From the IMG/VR virus record IMGVR_UViG_2718217944_000002: a DNA stretch of 64,000 bases; one strand, written 5' to 3'. Below the pieces are notes generated by a model. That model worked only from the letters and a program-made list of their open reading frames with translations. It made no database searches and was not told the DNA's origin. Both the position numbers and the translations under genes were made by a program. Shown piece by piece: positions 1-8,184 of this stretch (its first letter is position 1; the number at the start of each line of letters is the position of its first letter). Source of the DNA: a virus.

Positions 1-2
1 TC

Positions 3-1343
3 CTCGGCATCGATGTTGGTAGCGAAGACCACCAGAAGCTGGTTACCGGCTTGGGTTACGACGTGGAATACCGCGAATTGCGGGCATGCGACTACGGCGC
101 GCCAACGATCCGCAAACGCTTCTTCATGCTGATGCGCTGTGACGATAAGCCGATCGTCTGGCCGGAGCCAACCCACGGCGATCCGAAATCACTCGAGGTG
201 CAAAGCGGTAAGTTGAAGCCCTGGCGCACGGCGGCAGAGTGCATCGACTGGTCTATCCCATGCCCGAGTATCTTTGAGCGTAAGCGCCCGCTGGCCGAAA
301 ACACCCTGCGTCGCATTGCGCGCGGCATCCAACGGTTTGTGATCGACAGCCCCAATCCATTCATCGTGAAATGCAACCATACCAGCACAAAGAGCAGCTA
401 TGACTGCTTCCGTGGTCAAGCGCTGGACGAGCCACTGCAGACCATCACAAAAAAACATGGTTACGCGTTGGTCACGCCGATGATCGCGGGCGCTGGCGGA
501 TCTGAATATCAGGCAAAACCGCGTGGCGTCGATCAGCCGATGCATACCGTTCTGAAAGAGTCGAGAGCCGCGTTGGTAGCTCCGGTTATCGCAAGAATCG
601 GTCAGACGGGCTTTGGAAAGGATCGCATGGCGTATGAAGCGGGCAAACCGCTAACGACCGTCACTACCAAAGCAGAACACCTGCTGGTGGCGCCAATAAT
701 TGCGCGTCAATTTGGGAAAAGCGTTGGGCATGCTGCTGATGAACCAAACGGGACGATCACTGCAGGTGGTGGTGGCAAGAGCCAGCTGGTGGCCGCTTTC
801 TTGGCGAAACACTTTGGCGGCAACTACACCGGCCCCGGCGCTAATCTCTCGGAACCAGCGCACACAGTCACCACCGTCGATCACCATGCTCTGGTCACCT
901 CAAACCTGATCAAATTCCGAGGTACCTGCAAGGATGGCCAATCACTGAATGAGCCGATGCCGACGATCACCGCCGGCGGTCTGCATATCGGGGAAGTCCG
1001 GGCGTTCCTGCTGAAGTATTACGGCAACGAGAAAGAGGGGGTAAGCCTTGAAGATCCCCTGCACACAGTAACGACGAACGACCGGTTTGGTCTGGTCACA
1101 GTAGAGGGCATCGACTACCAGATCGTTGATATTGGCATGCGAATGCTACAGCCGCATGAGCTCTACGCCGCGCAGGGTTTCCCGGAGTGGTACATCATCG
1201 ATCAGGACTACAAGGGCAAGAAATACGCAAAAGACAAGCAGGTTGCGCGCTGCGGAAACGCTGTACCTCCGCCATTTGCTGAAGCTTTGGTGCGCGCCAA
1301 TCTGCCAGAGCTCTGTGTCGATCGCAAGGAGGTTGCTGCGTGA
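3..1343 (+). CDS. DNA cytosine-5 methyltransferase (5'-truncated by window)
   Basis: Frame open from nt 3; TIRKRFF (motif VIII-like), RMLQPHELYAAQGFP (IX) and CGNAVPP (X) motifs. Confidence 0.9.
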   Translation, partial: LGIDVGSEDHQKLVTGLGYDVEYRELRACDYGAPTIRKRFFMLMRCDDKPIVWPEPTHGDPKSLEVQSGKLKPWRTAAECIDWSIPCPSIFERKRPLAENTLRRIARGIQRFVIDSPNPFIVKCNHTSTKSSYDCFRGQALDEPLQTITKKHGYALVTPMIAGAGGSEYQAKPRGVDQPMHTVLKESRAALVAPVIARIGQTGFGKDRMAYEAGKPLTTVTTKAEHLLVAPIIARQFGKSVGHAADEPNGTITAGGGGKSQLVAAFLAKHFGGNYTGPGANLSEPAHTVTTVDHHALVTSNLIKFRGTCKDGQSLNEPMPTITAGGLHIGEVRAFLLKYYGNEKEGVSLEDPLHTVTTNDRFGLVTVEGIDYQIVDIGMRMLQPHELYAAQGFPEWYIIDQDYKGKKYAKDKQVARCGNAVPPPFAEALVRANLPELCVDRKEVAA

Positions 1344-2377
1344 GAATGCTGCTCACTCCTTACCTGCAGCGTGATCTGGGCGTGGTGATACTGCGCCCCG
1401 GTCGTGACCTGCTGCATTATTTCAGCGGCCAGCGTCGGCTGCTGATTGCCAACGAACCAGAAGAGCTAAAACCACTCCCATCGGGTTTGCTGCCGGTAGC
1501 CGATCAGGACTTGGCAAATGATCCGCGTCTGTCGCCATTCTTCCTGCATGAGCGAGTTATTGGCGCTGCTGGTGGTGTTGCGTCGCTGCGGGAGTGGCTG
1601 AGCCGCGGTACCGAGTGCCAGTGGCCACATGGCGATGGTTATCACCATCACAACATGGATATTCTGGATTATGACGGCTTGCCGGTACGTCTGTGCTGGC
1701 ATCACGAAAACATCTTGCGGGAGCAAACCCACGCCACGCTGGAGCTGCTCGCGGCACAAAACGTTGCGGATTGGCTGGTCTACCGGGCTCGGGTTCACTT
1801 TCATTTTCGGGAAGACCACCAGTTGAGCTTGCCGGAATTATGCTGGTGGGCCGTGCTGAAAGGGGTTTCCGATCTGCTGCCTGATTCGGTGGCGCGTTCA
1901 GCACTACGCCTTCCACCAGCGCCAGTCGAAACAGGTACGCGTAAAGAGTCGGATATCGTCTGGGATAAGGAGCCGAAGGCGATCATCAACGAGAGCGTTG
2001 AGAAAGTTAAGCCGGCGTTGCTCGTTGATGTTGACGAGGCACCACCGGAGGGATTCATGCTGCGACCAAAGCTGACCCGCTGGGTATGCGAAAAATACAC
2101 TCAATGGGTGAAATCGCAGCCGTGCTGCTGCGGTTGTGGACTACCGGCAGACGACCCGCATCACATCATCGATCACGGCCTGGGCGGTACTGGCACCAAG
2201 CCTCACGACATTTTCACCATTCCTCTGACCCGTAAATGCCATGGCGATCTGCATAAGGATGTAGCGGCATGGGAGGCCAAGCACGGCAGCCAGTTGTTCC
2301 ACCTGGTGCGCACGCTGAATAAGGCATTCGGGATTGGGGCGATCACCACAGCAAACAAACGCGGGGCAAAACGATGA
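1340..2377 (+). CDS. DUF968/YdfU-family prophage protein
   Basis: N-terminal MRMLLTP, C-terminal CCCGCG...DDPHHIIDHG...IPLTRKCHGDLH Zn/HNH-like tail; typical position upstream of Q. Confidence 0.8.
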   Translation: MRMLLTPYLQRDLGVVILRPGRDLLHYFSGQRRLLIANEPEELKPLPSGLLPVADQDLANDPRLSPFFLHERVIGAAGGVASLREWLSRGTECQWPHGDGYHHHNMDILDYDGLPVRLCWHHENILREQTHATLELLAAQNVADWLVYRARVHFHFREDHQLSLPELCWWAVLKGVSDLLPDSVARSALRLPPAPVETGTRKESDIVWDKEPKAIINESVEKVKPALLVDVDEAPPEGFMLRPKLTRWVCEKYTQWVKSQPCCCGCGLPADDPHHIIDHGLGGTGTKPHDIFTIPLTRKCHGDLHKDVAAWEAKHGSQLFHLVRTLNKAFGIGAITTANKRGAKR

Positions 2378-3039
2378 ATCAACAATATCTGGAGTATGTC
2401 CGCGGTGCTGTGTCGCTCGCCTTGGCTGATATCCATGGTCAGAGCAAAGGCCAACTGGCGGCATTCGAGGGATCCGCGCTGGTGCGCACAACGCGCTTTA
2501 AGCGCCAGAGGGTTCGCACAGTGGTATTGGAAAAGCGCAGAGTTTGCCCGATAACGGATCCGATGCACTGCCCAGAAACGCGAACCAGAAAGAAACCCTT
2601 ACCGTTGATTGAAGAGCTGACCTATTGCACCAGTTCCTGGCGCCGGGCCATTTCAGTGCTGGATACCCATCAGGAAGCATGGTTGCGCTATTGTTATGGT
2701 GATTATAATCACCATGATAAACAGTTGCAGGTGGTTCCTTATATCTGGGAACAATTCTCAGATCAGTGTGCGGTACGCTTGAGCAAAAAGGTAAAACTCA
2801 GGCTGCAAGGCTTGGCATTGCTGGCGGTGCAGGTGGTCGCCAGTGAAATAAAAGGTCTGCCGCGGGAGTACACCTATACCAACCTTGCCAGTATGGCCGG
2901 AGTCCAGCGGAATAACTGGCAAATGCACTATGCCGGACACTGGGAGCGCCTTTTGCTGCTAATCAAGGGGCTGGATGAAGGCGCGCTTTTCAGTGTTGCA
3001 AACCAAAGAATAGCAAGAAGGCAGCTTTTAACAGCATGA
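2374..3039 (+). CDS. Q: Late antiterminator Q
   Basis: MNQQYLEYVR...SSWRRA...WLRYCYG pattern; followed by late promoter/terminator and lysis genes; paralog at 43532. Confidence 0.85.
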   Translation: MNQQYLEYVRGAVSLALADIHGQSKGQLAAFEGSALVRTTRFKRQRVRTVVLEKRRVCPITDPMHCPETRTRKKPLPLIEELTYCTSSWRRAISVLDTHQEAWLRYCYGDYNHHDKQLQVVPYIWEQFSDQCAVRLSKKVKLRLQGLALLAVQVVASEIKGLPREYTYTNLASMAGVQRNNWQMHYAGHWERLLLLIKGLDEGALFSVANQRIARRQLLTA

Positions 3040-3042
3040 TGC

Positions 3043-3071
3043 TTGCAAAAGTGAACAAAATGAGCCATATT
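3043..3071 (+). promoter_or_regulatory. Putative late promoter pR'
   Basis: TTGCAA-N17-CATATT right after Q; same layout and downstream TTTGATATTTTGCC as at 44201. Confidence 0.55.
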
Positions 3072-3111
3072 TAAGGCTGATTTGATATTTTGCCAATATT
3101 GCAAATTGCGC

Positions 3112-3140
3112 AAACCCTCGCTTCGGCGAGGTTTTTATTT
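3112..3140 (+). terminator. tR'-like intrinsic terminator
   Basis: CCTCGC-TTCG-GCGAGG hairpin followed by T-rich tract. Confidence 0.85.
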
Positions 3141-3362
3141 CCTTGGCATCGAGGACATAACAGGTAAGAGCATTGGGCTGGGCCATTGGCTAAGCGCCAC
3201 CCGAAAGGGAAAAGAGAGACGATAAGCCGTCTCAGGTTCAATGCTCTTTCCGTTGTGATGAATAACAAGATGGCAGTCCGGTCGAATCGGCAACATCGGA
3301 ACCCTTTAAGCTGGCGAGTATGGGGACAGCAGAACGGCGACTTCCGGCATCACACAATTCAA

Positions 3363-3505
3363 GCCCTGGCTAATTGCCGGGGCTTTTGCATTCAGGTGGG
3401 TCAGATTTCAGCCGCTGGTGGTGTTTTCCATCGGCAGTGATCCACCAGCGACAATTACAAAGCGACAATTCGCGTCAATTACAGGCTGCCATTTGGCGGC
3501 CTTTT
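3363..3505 (+). ncRNA. Conserved structured non-coding element upstream of holin (candidate cis-regulatory RNA)
   Basis: Hairpin+T tract, GGTGGGTCA/TGATCCACC stem, then a 58-nt block 54/58 identical to 45074-45131. Confidence 0.4.
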
Positions 3506-3543
3506 CTGTTTCATGAGCGCCAACCGCCCGGCGGGAGGTAAGG

Positions 3544-3804
3544 ATGTCACGAATGCTAATCAGAGCAGCCGATGGAGCCGTGCACACTGGTAGCGCAGTG
3601 TCATTCGTCCTCGGCATCATTAATTATTTCTCTCAGAGCGAATGGATCATTATCGGGGTCATTTTCGGCATGTTTTGCTCTGCATTTGGTATTGCCCTTG
3701 GTACTTACTTCCGCTGCCGGCGCGAGCGGCTTCTACGTGATTGGATAAAAAAACGCACGGAGACGATCGACACGGAAGAGCTTGAAATGCTGGAGCGTGA
3801 GTGA
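3544..3804 (+). CDS. Pinholin-like holin (phage 21 S type) with dual-start motif
   Basis: Met-Ser-Arg-Met start, two hydrophobic segments, FSQSEWIIIG motif, basic C-terminus; precedes SAR endolysin. Confidence 0.8.
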   Translation: MSRMLIRAADGAVHTGSAVSFVLGIINYFSQSEWIIIGVIFGMFCSAFGIALGTYFRCRRERLLRDWIKKRTETIDTEELEMLERE

Positions 3805-4331
3805 TGGGGAACAAATCAAAACTCAGCGCTGTAATGTTGGCGCTGATTGCCGCCGGCGCATCTGCCCCGGTGATGATGTCGCAGTTTCAGGAAGAAAAAG
3901 AAGGTCAGCGCCTGACCGCATACCAGGACGGTGTCGGCATCTGGACAATTTGCGGCGGTGTGACAATGGTCAACGGCCAGAAGGTTATGAAGGGCCAGCG
4001 TCTGAGTGCCGAGCAGTGCAAGCAGATTGATGCAGCTGAGCAGAAGAAGGCGCTCGACTGGGTAGACCGCAACGTCAAGGTAACGCTGACCGAACCGCAA
4101 AAAGTCGGCATCGCGTCATTCTGTCCGTGGAACATCGGCCCCGGCAAGTGCTTCACCTCCACTTTTTACAAGAAGCTGAACGCCGGCGACCGTATTGGCG
4201 CCTGTCGCGAAATCCGCCGTTGGATATACGACGCAGGTCGAGATTGCCGTATCCGCTCCAATAACTGTTATGGACAGATCCTGCGGCGCGATCAGGAAGC
4301 TGAATTGGCATGCTGGGGGCTGGATAAATGA
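3804..4331 (+). CDS. SAR endolysin (GH24 lysozyme)
   Basis: N-terminal Ala/Gly-rich anchor; EG..LTAYQDGVGIWTICGG catalytic region; alternative GTG start at 3801. Confidence 0.95.
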   Translation: MGNKSKLSAVMLALIAAGASAPVMMSQFQEEKEGQRLTAYQDGVGIWTICGGVTMVNGQKVMKGQRLSAEQCKQIDAAEQKKALDWVDRNVKVTLTEPQKVGIASFCPWNIGPGKCFTSTFYKKLNAGDRIGACREIRRWIYDAGRDCRIRSNNCYGQILRRDQEAELACWGLDK

Positions 4332-4435
4332 GATATCTACCGTCAGCGGTATGTTTCGCAGCAGCCGGATATCTTGCCGCTCACGGCATTGATGGCTGGG
4401 GTTGGTTCCTGTTCGTCGGAGTGATTCTGCTATGA
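4328..4435 (+). CDS. 35-aa hydrophobic protein (not in ORF track)
   Basis: MRYLPSAVCFAAAGYLAAHGIDGWGWFLFVGVILL; ATGA overlaps with the endolysin stop and with the spanin start. Confidence 0.65.
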   Translation: MRYLPSAVCFAAAGYLAAHGIDGWGWFLFVGVILL

Positions 4436-4959
4436 ACCGAGCGACCGCGATAATTGCAGGTGTGCTGCTGGTGGTCTTAATGGTCGCCTGCTGGATAGCC
4501 AGCTATTACCAGGGAAAGTCGGAGAAGCTGGAGGGCACGGTCAAGCAACTGCAGAGCGACAACAACCTGCAGACGGCGACCATTGCTACCCAAGCGCTTC
4601 ACTTTCAGCGCGCCAACGAAATCAGCACCGCAGCAACTCAGTACGGCATCAACACCGATGCGGCCACACAGGGGAAAGAAATTGAATACCGGACGATCCT
4701 CAAGAAACAGCCGACGTGTGATCTTGCTGTTCCCGCTACTATTGCTGGTGGGCTGCTCGACTACACGCACCATCTACGTTCCGGCGCAATGTCAGCCGAT
4801 ACCATCGTCGCTGACGCAACCGGTGCTGGCTCCACTGCCTCCGGCATCCTGACATACTGCCAGGCTGTGCTGTGGATTGATCCGCTGCTGGCGGCGCTAG
4901 ACAAGGCTAACAACCAACTGCTGGCAATACGCCGGCTCGAAGAAGAGAGAAAACGATGA
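4432..4959 (+). CDS. Rz: i-spanin (Rz-like)
   Basis: N-terminal TM helix, coiled-coil body, follows endolysin; C-terminal ~35 aa resemble an o-spanin C-terminus. Confidence 0.8.
   Translation: MNRATAIIAGVLLVVLMVACWIASYYQGKSEKLEGTVKQLQSDNNLQTATIATQALHFQRANEISTAATQYGINTDAATQGKEIEYRTILKKQPTCDLAVPATIAGGLLDYTHHLRSGAMSADTIVADATGAGSTASGILTYCQAVLWIDPLLAALDKANNQLLAIRRLEEERKR
4682..4852 (+). CDS. Rz1: Short embedded o-spanin lipoprotein (Rz1-like)
   Basis: +1 frame inside Rz; TTG start after AGGGG; lipobox LVGC; Pro-rich linker; stops early at 4852. Confidence 0.65.
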   Translation: MNTGRSSRNSRRVILLFPLLLLVGCSTTRTIYVPAQCQPIPSSLTQPVLAPLPPAS

Positions 4960-5150
4960 GCAAGATTGTACTGACCCAGGAGCAGATTCAAGAATTGGCG
5001 CGCTTCGCAGCAGAGGAAGGCCAGCCGTCCTACACCATTACCACCGGCACTATTCCAGCGTTTGAGGCTGAGGATGGCGAGGTTCCTGAGTACAACGGCC
5101 TGATCGCCTACTCGGATTCAGAAAAGCACGGCGTTCTCCAATTGGGATGA
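4956..5150 (+). CDS. Acidic hypothetical protein
   Basis: 64-aa ORF overlapping the Rz stop by ATGA. Confidence 0.7.
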   Translation: MSKIVLTQEQIQELARFAAEEGQPSYTITTGTIPAFEAEDGEVPEYNGLIAYSDSEKHGVLQLG

Positions 5151-5356
5151 ATTTATAAAATTCTGCAAAAGGCATTCGCTGAGTGCCTTTGACAGAATAA
5201 AATCACTGAACCATCTCGTGGTGGTTAACTGCGCCACCGGGGTTATATTCGGCAAGCCAGCAGAAAATTCTATATTGATAACCAAAGCCATCACCCTGCA
5301 CCTACCGCGCACCCTGCGCATCGGCAGGCTGGTGGCTTTTTTCTTCGGGGCTGTGA

Positions 5357-5905
5357 ATGGATTGGCATACGGTTGTTTGCGTCGCCAGCGGTCCATCGTT
5401 GACTGCAGCGGATTGCGCGCTGGTGGAGGCATCAGGTTTGCCGGCGATCGCGGTCAACAACAGTTGGCGCCTGATCCCGGCATGTGCCGTCATTTATGCC
5501 GCTGATTGCTGCTGGTGGGAGTTATATCACGCAGAGATAACGTGTGGTGCCGATCGTTGGTGCGGCGACCCGTTCACCGCTGAACGATTCAACTTGGCGC
5601 GGTTTGAGAGTCAGTTGCCAGGCAGTTTTAATTCTGGCCAACGTGCTATTGAGCTTGCCATCTACCGCGGCGCTCGGCGGGTGTTGCTGGTGGGATATGA
5701 CTGTTCAATTCGCGACGGCGCTCACTGGCATGGGCCTCACGCTGGCCTCGCCAATCCTGACGCCATGAGTGTAGCCCGTTGGCATGATGAGTTTCGCCAA
5801 TTACGTGATTGGGCGGCAGGTGTCGAGATCGTTAACTGTTCGCGGCGTACTCGCTTGCGATGTTTCCAGAGGCAGTCTCTTGAGGCTGCGCTCTCTTCTA
5901 TTTAA
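5357..5905 (+). CDS. Sialyltransferase-like (GT42/CstII, Maf/DUF115-like) protein
   Basis: VVCVASGPSL, IAVNNSW, YAAD, NSGQRAIELAIYRGARRVLLVGYD, HWHGPH, IVNCS motif series. Confidence 0.65.
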   Translation: MDWHTVVCVASGPSLTAADCALVEASGLPAIAVNNSWRLIPACAVIYAADCCWWELYHAEITCGADRWCGDPFTAERFNLARFESQLPGSFNSGQRAIELAIYRGARRVLLVGYDCSIRDGAHWHGPHAGLANPDAMSVARWHDEFRQLRDWAAGVEIVNCSRRTRLRCFQRQSLEAALSSI

Positions 5906-5913
5906 AGGTTTTC

Positions 5914-6786
5914 ATGTCGATAAAGCGAAACATCTACATCCGTGGGATGTATGGCCTAGGCGACAGCATCTACCAGCGGGCATTTGTTCGGCAATTCCCC
6001 GGTGCTTACATTCGCACCCCCTGGCCGGAGTTGTATGCGGATCTTGATGTGAAATTCGTCAAGTCCAACACGTTGCTGCGCACCCAGCGGAAAAACGAAG
6101 ATCGTACCTGGTTGAGGTATGTGCCTGAACCGACGAAAGCCGAAGTTTTCACGGTGTTCTATGGGGCGGACGAGCTGGCGCGAGGATCCATTATCGATGC
6201 CATGACCCTGCAATTCTGCAAGGTGGCATCCCAATTTGATTTGCCTTCCTATGGGCCGTCGCCGGTGATCAGTGATAAACCCATTGCGGTTATTCGTCCG
6301 GCCACGGTTCGGCGCGAGTGGGACAATCCTGCACGTAACCCTGACCCCAAATACATCAACGAGGCGGCAGGGCTGCTGAAAAAGCATTTTTATGTGGTCA
6401 GTTTGGCGGATCTGGAAGAGGGCGAAGAGTGGCTTGTGGGCGATGCGCCGGCGGCCGATCTACAGCTGCACGCCGGAGAGTTGTCTGTAACCCAGATACT
6501 GGCGTTGGTTGAGCATGCTGCTGTGGTGGTTTCGGGTGTTGGTTGGGCGCTTCCTGCCGCCATCTGCTACAAAACACCGGTTTTCATCATCCAGGGCGGC
6601 TGTGGCGGGCATAACGCGCCACATATTGTTACCGATCCGGAGATGGATCTTTCCCGCGTAGGTTGGGCGCAGCCTGATAATTACTGCATGTGTGGCCAGA
6701 TGGACCATGCGTGCTCCAAACACATTACCGGCTTTGGCCAACAATTTAAGGACTGGCTCAATGAAATCGTTCTCTCAACAACTTGA
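5914..6786 (+). CDS. GT9-like (heptosyltransferase-like, GT-B) glycosyltransferase
   Basis: N-terminal GMYGLGDSIYQ; LVEHAAVVVSGVGWALPAAICYKTPVF segment; C-terminal CMCGQMDHAC Cys cluster. Confidence 0.7.
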   Translation: MSIKRNIYIRGMYGLGDSIYQRAFVRQFPGAYIRTPWPELYADLDVKFVKSNTLLRTQRKNEDRTWLRYVPEPTKAEVFTVFYGADELARGSIIDAMTLQFCKVASQFDLPSYGPSPVISDKPIAVIRPATVRREWDNPARNPDPKYINEAAGLLKKHFYVVSLADLEEGEEWLVGDAPAADLQLHAGELSVTQILALVEHAAVVVSGVGWALPAAICYKTPVFIIQGGCGGHNAPHIVTDPEMDLSRVGWAQPDNYCMCGQMDHACSKHITGFGQQFKDWLNEIVLSTT

Positions 6787-7390
6787 GTCTGGGTTGGTCT
6801 TCGTCCCGGCGCTGGGCATTGGTCGTTATCCTGTCCCTGTGAACCAACGGCCGTATGACGACAGCTATTTTCACAAATACCAGCTGATGGCTGATACCCC
6901 GATGGGGCACGCGCTGACGAAATCGCGCGTTGCGTTGGTGGAGCGCCATCACGGAGATGGAATGGTGCTCGATGTGGGGATCGGTGCCGGGCAGTTTGTG
7001 GAGGCGCGCCCTCAGACATGGGGGTATGACGTCAATCCGGTTGGCGTTCAATGGTTAAAGCTGCGCGGGCGCTGGGCAGATCTGTATACGGCTGACGCGT
7101 TTCCGGCGTTGACGTTCTGGGACAGCCTGGAGCATATCGACAAGCCCGAACTGGCGGTAGCAAAAGCCAGGCAGTGGGTGTTTGTGTCGATCCCCATCTT
7201 CGCCGGCGGCGATGCCATCATGGCTTCACATCACTATCGGCCGAACGAGCACATTTGGTATTTCACGCATGATGGGCTGCTGCGGTGGTTTGCTGAACAG
7301 GGCTTTGCCTGCGTTGAGAGTAACACGATTGAATCAGACCTGGGCCGCGTTGGCATTGGGTCTTATGCCTTCAAGAGGACTGAAGTATGA
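6761..7390 (+). CDS. Class I SAM-dependent methyltransferase (small-molecule/sugar type)
   Basis: VLDVGIGAG motif I, GYDVNP, FWDSLEHI, NEHIWYFT; no DNA-MTase PPY/PC motif. Confidence 0.85.
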   Translation: MKSFSQQLESGLVFVPALGIGRYPVPVNQRPYDDSYFHKYQLMADTPMGHALTKSRVALVERHHGDGMVLDVGIGAGQFVEARPQTWGYDVNPVGVQWLKLRGRWADLYTADAFPALTFWDSLEHIDKPELAVAKARQWVFVSIPIFAGGDAIMASHHYRPNEHIWYFTHDGLLRWFAEQGFACVESNTIESDLGRVGIGSYAFKRTEV

Positions 7391-7752
7391 AAGTGCTGAA
7401 TTACGATGCCATTGGCCGTTGCGTTGTGGCGAAAAGAAACATTGAGCGGTTGATTCAGGAACTGTCAGACCGCCAGATGGCGGTCATTGATCTTGGTGGC
7501 ATTTGCTTTATGGGCACCCATCTGGTGATGCAGGACTCAATCGTTGAACGTGCCGCATCTTTGGCTGTTGAGACTCGACGCCTTTACGACGCCATTCACA
7601 GCCAGGCGCTGGAGTATAACCACTGGGCGCGACTGGCAGAGTATCCACCAATTTCGGTTACGCGCCATCCGTTGCCGCATACAGACACGGCGCAAAAAGA
7701 ATTGTCTGTTCAGACCATCAAGGCCCCGGGTCATGCCGCCCCGCACGCCTAA
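7387..7752 (+). CDS. Hypothetical protein
   Basis: 121-aa ORF coupled by overlaps to the MTase and HNH genes. Confidence 0.65.
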   Translation: MKVLNYDAIGRCVVAKRNIERLIQELSDRQMAVIDLGGICFMGTHLVMQDSIVERAASLAVETRRLYDAIHSQALEYNHWARLAEYPPISVTRHPLPHTDTAQKELSVQTIKAPGHAAPHA

Positions 7753-8089
7753 AGCCTGCCGTAAACGCGGCTGCCGCAATACAACGACAGATCCCAGCGG
7801 ATTCTGTAGTGAGCATCGGGGTGAAGGCTGGCGCAATTATAAGCCTGGTCAGAGTCGGCATCAGCGTGGTTACGGCAGCCGCTGGGATGTGATTAAGCTG
7901 CGGATCCTCAAGCGGGATAAGGGGTTGTGTCAGGAATGTCTGCGCCGGGGTGCGATAACCGAGGCCGATTGTGTTGACCACATCGTGCCTCTCGCGCACG
8001 GTGGAGACGATGGTGAGGCCAACTTGCAAAGCCTATGCACCCCCTGTCATAGGGCGAAGACCGCGAGAGAGCGGCGCTCAGGCCGGTAG
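7733..8089 (+). CDS. Packaging-associated HNH endonuclease
   Basis: CQEC...VDHIVPLAHGG...NLQSLCTPCH; lies just before terS as in HK97-like cos phages. Confidence 0.9.
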   Translation: MPPRTPKACRKRGCRNTTTDPSGFCSEHRGEGWRNYKPGQSRHQRGYGSRWDVIKLRILKRDKGLCQECLRRGAITEADCVDHIVPLAHGGDDGEANLQSLCTPCHRAKTARERRSGR

Positions 8090-8184
8090 GGGGAGGGAAA
8101 ATCTCTACGGCTTTGCCTCTTCCGTACTGCCCGCCCCGTCATGTTTTTACACCCGCGAAAAATGAAATTTAATCTGGAGCGCAT
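8090..8184 (+). promoter_or_regulatory. Putative cos region
   Basis: Non-coding gap between HNH and terS, the usual cos position in this phage group; exact cut site not identified. Confidence 0.5.

Noticed and set aside
3186-3440. 84-aa ORF between Q and holin
   Set aside because: Overlaps hairpins and terminators of the late leader; no SD or motifs; no counterpart in prophage 2
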